A DNA stretch of 14,472 bases from Promethearchaeota archaeon. Its GTDB lineage: Archaea > Asgardarchaeota > Lokiarchaeia > Sigyniarchaeales > SOKP01. Positions 8,090-14,472 of the stretch are shown here, piece by piece (position 1 is the first letter of the stretch; every line of letters starts with the position of its first letter). The DNA is taken from contig JBHLLU010000080.1 in the NCBI GenBank assembly GCA_048938895.1, positions 1 through 14,472 of the forward strand, written 5' to 3'. Below the pieces are notes generated by a model that worked only from the letters and a program-made list of their open reading frames with translations, was not told the DNA's origin and searched no databases. Position numbers and translations under genes: made by a program.

Positions 8090-9478
8090 ATGTCAAAAAC
8101 AGGAATGGAAAGATTAGAAGAATTAAGAAAAGATATATTTAAATGTATCCATTGTAAAGCGTGTCGATTTGCTTATTCCGGAGAACCTGATAAAGAAGGA
8201 ATTGGAGAATATACAGGAAAACAAGGAACTGTTCTCTATGAAGGGATGGTTGACGCTTGTCCCGCAGGAATTGAACACGGTTGGGAAGCATTCTGGAATG
8301 CGGGAAAAATTTGGATAGCTCGTTCGATTTTAAGTGGAGATTTAGAATTTTCTGAAGAAGTCAGAGATGTTATAATGCCATGTATTACATGTGGTCAGTG
8401 TTCTGCTCAATGTGAAAACAAGGTTCGAACTGTAGATATTATAGAAGCATTGAGAGCTGCATGTAAAGAAGCTGGTATTCCTATGATTGAGCGACACCAA
8501 TTAGTTGAGAAACTAACTAAGGAATTAAATAATCCATATGGTGGAAAAGCAGAGGAACGATTTAAATGGGCAAAAGATGCAGGCTTAGAAAAATACATTG
8601 ATAATAAAAAAGCAAAAATTGGATATTTTGTCGGGTGTACTGCTAGTTACCGTCAAATTGAGATTGCTATTGCTACATGTAAGATTTTCGAAGATTTAGG
8701 AATTGATTTCACATTAGTTGGGGATGAAGTATGCTGTGGAAGTCCTTTCTTTAGAGTCGGTGCGGTAGACACTGCTCAAGAATTGATGAATAAGAATCTT
8801 AAGGCATTTGAGGGTTTAGAATTAGCATTTTTCTCATGTGCTGGTTGTTATAAAACCTTTACTAATGATTATCCGAAGTGGATGGAAGGTAATAAACTCC
8901 CATTCAAAACAATGCATGCTTTTGAATTAGTATCACGTCTAATTACTGCTGGAAAAATTAAATTTAAACCTAACAAAGAATTGAAAGGAAAGGTCGTAAC
9001 TTACCATGATCCTTGCCACTTAGGACGTCATATGGCATTAGAAATGGAACAAAAGATTATTGAAGAATCTAAGAACTTAATGATGGATAGTCGTAAGATT
9101 AGGGAAGTGATAAATGATTGGTATGAAGTACCTCGGATAGTGCTCAGACAATTAGAACAAGACGTTGGAATTGAATTTAAAGAAATGTATCGCATAAAAC
9201 TGGATAGTTTCTGTTGTGGTGCAGGTGGTGGAGTACGAGCAGGTTATGCTGAATTTTCTTTGAAGACATCTAGTTTGCGGTTAGATGAAGCAAATGCTAT
9301 AGGTGCTGACATAATAACAACAGAATGCCCATTTTGCTGGAGAAATTTATATGATGCAAACGAGAAATATGGTCATGGATTGCAAGTGTATGGTCTCTTA
9401 GAAATGATTGATACATTCAAGCTTTTAGATATTAAAGAGAAACCTACAATGGAAGAAATTCTAAAAATGAAAGAATGA
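8090..9478 (+). CDS. (Fe-S)-binding oxidoreductase, HdrD/GlcF/GlpC family (2x[4Fe-4S] dicluster + two CCG domains)
   Basis: CIHCKAC-x31-CP and CITCGQCSAQC. CCG domain 1: YFVGC...VCCGSP...SCAGCY. CCG domain 2: TYHDPCHLGR...FCCGAGGG...ECPFC. Confidence 0.92.
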   Translation: MSKTGMERLEELRKDIFKCIHCKACRFAYSGEPDKEGIGEYTGKQGTVLYEGMVDACPAGIEHGWEAFWNAGKIWIARSILSGDLEFSEEVRDVIMPCITCGQCSAQCENKVRTVDIIEALRAACKEAGIPMIERHQLVEKLTKELNNPYGGKAEERFKWAKDAGLEKYIDNKKAKIGYFVGCTASYRQIEIAIATCKIFEDLGIDFTLVGDEVCCGSPFFRVGAVDTAQELMNKNLKAFEGLELAFFSCAGCYKTFTNDYPKWMEGNKLPFKTMHAFELVSRLITAGKIKFKPNKELKGKVVTYHDPCHLGRHMALEMEQKIIEESKNLMMDSRKIREVINDWYEVPRIVLRQLEQDVGIEFKEMYRIKLDSFCCGAGGGVRAGYAEFSLKTSSLRLDEANAIGADIITTECPFCWRNLYDANEKYGHGLQVYGLLEMIDTFKLLDIKEKPTMEEILKMKE

Positions 9479-9480
9479 GC

Positions 9481-9510
9481 TTTTTTATTCAAAAATTTTT
9501 TATTTTTTTA
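9481..9510 (+). terminator. Oligo-T terminator of the oxidoreductase operon
   Basis: TTTTTTATTC AAAAATTTTT TATTTTTTTA begins 2 nt after the TGA ending at 9478. Confidence 0.55.
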
Positions 9511-9641
9511 TCTCAAGATATTCTAAAATATAAATAAAAGAACATTGTTTCTTACTGAGTAGAAAAGTAAGATTTAAATTAACTATGCGTGTTATTCTAC
9601 TTTATAGGAACATATAATTTTTACTACTTAAGTGAAATTTA

Positions 9642-11147
9642 ATGAATTTGAAAAAGGGTTTTATAAAATATCTTGTCTTAGTTGTATTTGTATTACTAAT
9701 TGGTCTGTCGCTGACACTATGGATTTTGTATATACCAACTTATAGAAAAGAACCAATTCCGGTAGAAAGAAAAGCAATAATTGTATGTAGTGCTAATGAT
9801 TTTTATAGAAAGGATGGATTTCCTGATTTTAATAATAATAACTCAGACTCGAGTTTTGGTGATGAAACTAATAACTGGCCTAATTTTATAGGTTATCCAA
9901 ATGGAAGTGTAATACAAGAGAATAATCTCCAGGGCTATGATACTCCGGGATTTGTTCAATTTAATGCTAATCCAGCACCAGCTGGACCCAAGTATGTTAA
10001 TATGGAGTTTGTATATAATTGGACTCAATTTTATCCACTGTTTAAATATGCAGCATATAATCTATCTGCTTGGGTTAATATTACCTCAAATATATATTTT
10101 AAACCTAGAGTTCCAGCTATAATATTACCTCCCGGGGCAGGAGCAAGAATAGGATTAAGATGGTTAAACGCTAGCAACGATGTTGTAAGAACAGACTGGT
10201 CGAAAGGCTTATATGGACCTTTTGCAGGATGGACCCATATAAATGCTACGGGTGTCGCCAATTCCACTCTAAGTGAAATTACTCAGTTACATTTGGTATT
10301 AGCAGTCGAGGGTACTATGAATGCAGGGGAAATGGTTCTTTTTGATGATATCTCTATGGAATATTGGTTTCCTCCCCCAATTCCAACACCACCACTTAGT
10401 AATACTGACACGGATGGCTTTCCAGCACAAGCACTACAAGTGTATTGGATTTTAAAAGAACATGGTTATACTGATGATAATATCTTTTTGATGTTGTATC
10501 ATACAGGTGACACCATAATTGATATCTATGCAAATGATGGGAATCCCAATGATCTAACAGGAGCCATAATAGATGTAGAGAATGATGATGTTAACTCAAC
10601 TCGTTTCAAACAAGAAATGGATGTTAGCTATTCAGGATCTTTTGCTTCTAATATAAGTTCAAGAGATCAACTTATAATTTATATAGTTGATCATGGTTCA
10701 AACAGCGTACTCGGTGATGGGAATGCAACTTTTCATTTTGAAGCAGATGATAGTTATATTACAGAACTCGATTTCTTTAACTTGGTAAAAGATATTCATT
10801 GTAGAATGATGATGATTAATATTGACATTTGCTTTAGTGGAAATTTTTTGCTTCAAGATACAGTCAATTGGTATTATTTACCTAAAGCTGTGATGATAAC
10901 TTCTACAACAAATATTTTTTCATGGTATTGGAGAAATAATAATAATCCTGACGGTTTTGCAGGTTCTTGGTTTTTTCATCAATTCTGGAAGAATTTAAAT
11001 CAAAGTTCGACAATACGGGACGCATATGATTCTGCTAGAGCATGGATTTCTACAGGACAATCCATATCGATTAATGATATTCAAGCACCTCAAATCAGAG
11101 ATAATTTAGGAATAGCAAATACTTGGAGTTTTAAAAATAATTTATAA
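9642..11147 (+). CDS. Membrane-anchored clan CD cysteine peptidase, family C13-like (legumain/GPI-transamidase Gpi8 type), with an inserted beta-sandwich (CBM-like) domain
   Basis: N-terminal basic + TM helix, then first strand KAIIVCSANDF. After an insert of about 190 aa: AQALQVYWILKEHGYTDDNIFLML, IDVENDDVNSTRF, DQLIIYIVDHG (His351), INIDICFSG (Cys397), VMITST, GSWFFHQF, QAPQI. The His-Gly / D-x-C dyad order and spacing fit the caspase-hemoglobinase fold. Confidence 0.8.
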   Translation: MNLKKGFIKYLVLVVFVLLIGLSLTLWILYIPTYRKEPIPVERKAIIVCSANDFYRKDGFPDFNNNNSDSSFGDETNNWPNFIGYPNGSVIQENNLQGYDTPGFVQFNANPAPAGPKYVNMEFVYNWTQFYPLFKYAAYNLSAWVNITSNIYFKPRVPAIILPPGAGARIGLRWLNASNDVVRTDWSKGLYGPFAGWTHINATGVANSTLSEITQLHLVLAVEGTMNAGEMVLFDDISMEYWFPPPIPTPPLSNTDTDGFPAQALQVYWILKEHGYTDDNIFLMLYHTGDTIIDIYANDGNPNDLTGAIIDVENDDVNSTRFKQEMDVSYSGSFASNISSRDQLIIYIVDHGSNSVLGDGNATFHFEADDSYITELDFFNLVKDIHCRMMMINIDICFSGNFLLQDTVNWYYLPKAVMITSTTNIFSWYWRNNNNPDGFAGSWFFHQFWKNLNQSSTIRDAYDSARAWISTGQSISINDIQAPQIRDNLGIANTWSFKNNL

Positions 11148-11254
11148 TGAAATTTAAGACATTAAAATTCAAACATATTAATTTTTTTTGACTTAACTTT
11201 ATATTTAACTCAGAATTTATTCTTACTTAGATTTATATTTGCTTAGGATTACGC

Positions 11255-11851
11255 ATGAATATTATGGTAATAAAGAGTAAAATCAAGATCTTATTCCTAA
11301 TCGTAATTTGTTCAATAATTGTCAATGCTACTATTTTATTTAGAGAATCATTAGATCTAGCTAATGAATCAAGAGATGAATCTACAAAAATTGCGAATGG
11401 TGATATCAATCCTCCTTTAATATCGTTTATTAAACCCGATACTAATGATACCATCATTACACGTAAATATTTTGATATAATCGTCAATATTACAGATGAG
11501 AATCCTCCCTTATCTGGAAACGTCTCAATAGAGATCTTTAATTCCTCAATTTCATTTTTTAAAGCTTCCATGATAAAATTTGAAGAAGATCAATGGTTCT
11601 TCACATGGGATAACGTAACATCCTATACAAACGAAAGATCCTACAATTTTCGAGTTACTGCTAAGGATTCTTCATCAAATGAAAATACAGGTATCTCAGA
11701 GGTAGTTAGTGTTTTTTTAGATGTGTATATTTCAAGGACTCCAGGCCTTATAAATGGAATATTGTATGTAATCATGGCTTCGCTGATAATTGCGGGAATT
11801 ATGGCATATTTTAATAAAAAGCGTACTTTAATATCGCATCGGAAAGAATAA
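11255..11851 (+). CDS. Membrane protein with one extracellular Ig-like domain between an N-terminal signal/TM helix and a C-terminal TM helix
   Basis: KIKILFLIVICSIIVNATILF; D..PPLISFIKP..NDTII...IIVNITDEN...FTWDN...YNFRVTAKDSSSNEN (Ig-like pattern); GILYVIMASLIIAGIMAYF + NKKR tail. Several N-x-S/T sequons. Confidence 0.8.
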   Translation: MNIMVIKSKIKILFLIVICSIIVNATILFRESLDLANESRDESTKIANGDINPPLISFIKPDTNDTIITRKYFDIIVNITDENPPLSGNVSIEIFNSSISFFKASMIKFEEDQWFFTWDNVTSYTNERSYNFRVTAKDSSSNENTGISEVVSVFLDVYISRTPGLINGILYVIMASLIIAGIMAYFNKKRTLISHRKE

Positions 11852-12072
11852 CCTTTATAAATAGCATTTTCTATTATTAAATTCATTTTATATTTATCAA
11901 CTCTTCCAAGTTTGATACAATTTCATCAAATGAAGCAAATTTTAACTATTTAAATGCGACCATCCTTTTCATGAATCTTAAACAGTTGAATTTTTTTTTC
12001 AAAAAAAATAAATGTCAAAATTTTCATTAATTACAAAATAAAAAAATTTAGTTTTTTGGGGTTTATTTTAAT

Positions 12073-14472
12073 TTGCTTAATGTGGAACAGAAATCTGCTT
12101 ATCCTTATATTACTAAATTCAAAAAAGAGCAATTTAAATCTTTTGTTAATGTAAGAAGAAGAAATATTGGGAACTTTTACTTTAAGGAATTTAATAAGTT
12201 AGTTTTATATTATGATTACTTCAAGAAGAATTTATTTAATGAGCCAAACTTGACGTTAGTGGATGTGTTTTGGTTTAGCTTACTCATGAAATTTAGCAAA
12301 AGAGAAAAAAAGGAAAATAAGGATGCAACCTATAAATACATTAAAAATTGTGAAGTTAGAGATTATGATCAAATAGGATTTAAGCTATCATTTGATTCTA
12401 AAAAACAACCAGATATTTATTCAACATATTTAGCATTAAGTAGTTTGAAAATTGTAGGAGCGTTAAATGAGTATTTATTAAGTGACGGCACGAGTCAGAT
12501 TAAAGAAGAAATTAAGAATTTTGTGCTATCACTAAAGAAAGGGGAGAATTTTTTACATTGCCATGACAAGGAGTGTGATATTTGTAAAGATATTACCCCC
12601 GTAAGAACTTTATTTTATGTAATGGAAATATTCACACTTTTAGGGGTAGATATACGGAACAGTAAAGAGCAATTCCGAACATATATAATTGAAAATAAAA
12701 AGAAACCAGAAACTCTAATTTATAAGTTTCTCTGTTTAAAATATCTAGATCTTGAAACTGAAGTTAAAGAAAAAGATGTCCAATATCTGCTTCAATTTCA
12801 AAAATCAACTGGTGGTTTTGGTTTTAATCAGGCAGATAATCTTAATGATACTTTTTGGATAGTTTATGTTCTCAGTAATTTTTCATGGTTATTAGATTTT
12901 AATCCTTCAAGTGTATATTTTTATATTAATAATAAGTTAAATGAAATATTAAATAACAAAGACAATTGGAATACGCAGAAAATGGTTGTGACGTCCAAAT
13001 TGATAATACTTTCATCCTTAATTTGGAAAAAGTTTATCGATGAAATTGAAAGGATTTTGTTTAAGAAATTAGAAAAAGAAAATTTTATCGATTTAAACCA
13101 ATTAATTACTACATTTGGTTTATCAAATGATATTGAAGATATAATATCATATATCAATCTTAGTTACAACTTTAACTTAAGAATTCTCAATAACAAAATT
13201 GAATTTAGAAATTATCTGCGAAATCTAAGCGAAGGGAAACAAATATTTTTTCAAACATTTTATGAACAGATAAAGACTAAAAGTATTATTTCTCTTTCAA
13301 GTATGATTAAGAAATATAGAATTTCAAATGAAGAAAATCTCAAGTTAAAAGAAGATGTTTTCCCAATAATAAATGATATGATTTCAAGACATTTTTTCAA
13401 GGGATATGTTAAAACCAAAAAAATTTTTTTAGGGAAAAAAAAATACAACTTCTATTTAAATTCCTTTTTAGAGAAGGTAATTTTATCTGACACAGAAATA
13501 AATACAGAAAGAATATTTGAGGAAAAGGAGAAATTAGAAGACATTAAGAATGATTTATATAATATGACTTTAAAATTAAAAAATTTAGAGAATCAAATAA
13601 ATGAAGAAATAAATAGCTATCTTTTAATTGATGAAATCGATTATGCAAAAGAAAGATTAAAGTTTATCATTCGAGATTCATTAATGGAAGCTGATTTCCT
13701 TAATGAAAACATTGAAAACTCGTTCAATGAAATCTTATATTATACTAATATAAAAGCTATATTAGGCAATGAAATTTCTCAATGGGATAAAGTATATTCC
13801 ACTCTACAAACAAAATTGGCAGCAATAGATTCTCAGTTAAAGGAAATGATCAAAGAAAAAGAAACTATTATATACCTGAATAATCTACTGGAAAATTTGA
13901 GTGAAAAACTGGTATTAATAGAAGAAGATCTTGAAAAGAAATTAGACTCATTTAAGAAAACTTTTAGTGAAACTTTTGAGAGAGAATATATCGAAGATAA
14001 ATTTGATTTAATTATCCAACAATTAAATCAGATTTCTGATGACATTAACAAATATGATAAGACAATCTTTAATATCTCTCAACAAATTACCACAACCGAT
14101 AGTGATGTGGTCAATAAACATAAGGAAATCATCAATAGATGGGTAAAAATAAAAAATAATTATGAGAACGAATATAAATTTTATCATGAAGGATTTCAAT
14201 TTTTTAGAGAGAATTTAAAAAACATAATTATCATTAATGAGAAATTAAGAAACGACATTTCAAATATTGGTAAAATTATTAGAAGTAAAATCGAGGAAAA
14301 TCAATTTCAGGAAGCATTTGAATTTATCAAAAAGGAATCCAATATATTATTAAATGAGAAGACACAAGAAATTAAAAAACTTCAATCCCTAGTTAAGACA
14401 GAGATTAAAAGCAAACAGAAGCTCTATTTATTATATAAGCATTTGCAAGATAATCTTGAAAACTTAGAATCA
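12073..14472 (+). CDS. Large 3'-truncated protein (at least 800 aa; missing from the ORF track): prenyltransferase/squalene-cyclase-type alpha/alpha repeats + winged-helix/PCI-like region + long coiled-coil rod
   Basis: Manual translation of frame 1 finds no stop from TAG 12049-12051 to the window end. Candidate starts are TTG 12073 and GTG 12082. Repeats: YKYIKNCE..DQIGF...QPDIYSTYLALSSLKIVG; IKNFVLSLKKGENF...VRTLFYVMEIFTLLG; QYLLQFQKSTGGFG...LNDTFWIVYVL. These are followed by IISLSSMIKKYRI...VFPIINDMISRHFFKGYV and then E/K/L/I-rich heptads from about 13500 onward. Confidence 0.85.
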   Translation, partial: MLNVEQKSAYPYITKFKKEQFKSFVNVRRRNIGNFYFKEFNKLVLYYDYFKKNLFNEPNLTLVDVFWFSLLMKFSKREKKENKDATYKYIKNCEVRDYDQIGFKLSFDSKKQPDIYSTYLALSSLKIVGALNEYLLSDGTSQIKEEIKNFVLSLKKGENFLHCHDKECDICKDITPVRTLFYVMEIFTLLGVDIRNSKEQFRTYIIENKKKPETLIYKFLCLKYLDLETEVKEKDVQYLLQFQKSTGGFGFNQADNLNDTFWIVYVLSNFSWLLDFNPSSVYFYINNKLNEILNNKDNWNTQKMVVTSKLIILSSLIWKKFIDEIERILFKKLEKENFIDLNQLITTFGLSNDIEDIISYINLSYNFNLRILNNKIEFRNYLRNLSEGKQIFFQTFYEQIKTKSIISLSSMIKKYRISNEENLKLKEDVFPIINDMISRHFFKGYVKTKKIFLGKKKYNFYLNSFLEKVILSDTEINTERIFEEKEKLEDIKNDLYNMTLKLKNLENQINEEINSYLLIDEIDYAKERLKFIIRDSLMEADFLNENIENSFNEILYYTNIKAILGNEISQWDKVYSTLQTKLAAIDSQLKEMIKEKETIIYLNNLLENLSEKLVLIEEDLEKKLDSFKKTFSETFEREYIEDKFDLIIQQLNQISDDINKYDKTIFNISQQITTTDSDVVNKHKEIINRWVKIKNNYENEYKFYHEGFQFFRENLKNIIIINEKLRNDISNIGKIIRSKIEENQFQEAFEFIKKESNILLNEKTQEIKKLQSLVKTEIKSKQKLYLLYKHLQDNLENLES

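Noticed and set aside
6826-8598. ORFs 6826..7092(-), 6899..7120(+), 7375..7980(-) and 8407..8598(-)
   Set aside because: They are shadow frames inside the FAD oxidoreductase and Fe-S genes.
9550-9572. Inverted repeat TCTTACT-N9-AGTAAGA just before TATA-like TTTAAAT upstream of the C13 gene
   Set aside because: It has short AT-rich arms and occurs once. It is plausible as a regulatory site but is not separable from background without comparative data.
9843-11886. ORFs 9843..10028(-), 9937..10122(+), 10031..10267(-), 11233..11571(-) and 11641..11886(-)
   Set aside because: They lie within or overlap the C13 peptidase and Ig-like genes, which have coherent domain structure.
11883-11972. Minus-strand protein-like fragment MKRMVAFK*LKFASFDEIVSNLEELINIK* (possible gene remnant or TAG readthrough)
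   Set aside because: It is only 30 codons with an internal stop and no identifiable homology. There is no evidence for pyrrolysine machinery in the window, and it cannot be told apart from chance.
12921-13448. Minus-strand ORFs 12921..13157 and 13260..13448
   Set aside because: They are antisense shadows of the long + strand frame 12073..>14472.
1-14472. CRISPR arrays, tRNA/rRNA genes, transposases, integrases, defence systems
   Set aside because: No regularly spaced direct repeats, no GC-rich structured RNA islands and no recombinase or nuclease motifs were seen. The intergenic regions are short and AT-rich.

Overview
AT-rich (roughly 30% GC by eye) chromosomal window. It is most likely from an Asgard archaeon (Lokiarchaeia/Promethearchaeota-like), inferred from a Loki-CTERM-type C-terminal sorting signal, sequon-rich surface proteins, oligo-T terminators and a Loki-style CxxC..CxH zinc domain. 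Contents in order: (1) the 3' part of a large, 5'-truncated subtilisin-like (S8) surface protease with PPC, three CARDB-like domains, two copies of an unnamed beta-rich domain, a NIDO-like domain, an Ig/FN3-like domain and a C-terminal anchor; (2) a membrane protein with a periodic amphipathic helix and a zinc ribbon; (3) a stand-alone ADP-forming acyl-CoA synthetase alpha subunit; (4) a small zinc-binding hypothetical protein; (5) a two-gene operon of a VAO/PCMH-type FAD oxidoreductase and an HdrD/GlcF-type CCG Fe-S protein; (6) a membrane-anchored clan CD family C13 (legumain/Gpi8-like) peptidase interrupted by an inserted beta-sandwich domain; (7) an Ig-like protein with two TM helices; (8) an ORF of at least 800 codons that the ORF track missed (12073 to the window end). 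ORF 8 joins prenyltransferase-beta-like repeats, winged-helix/PCI-like domains and a long coiled-coil/spectrin-like rod. The most unusual elements are the split Gpi8/legumain-like enzyme and the prenyltransferase-PCI-rod fusion. No RNA genes, CRISPR arrays or mobile elements were recognised. All family calls come from motif recognition by eye, with no database search.
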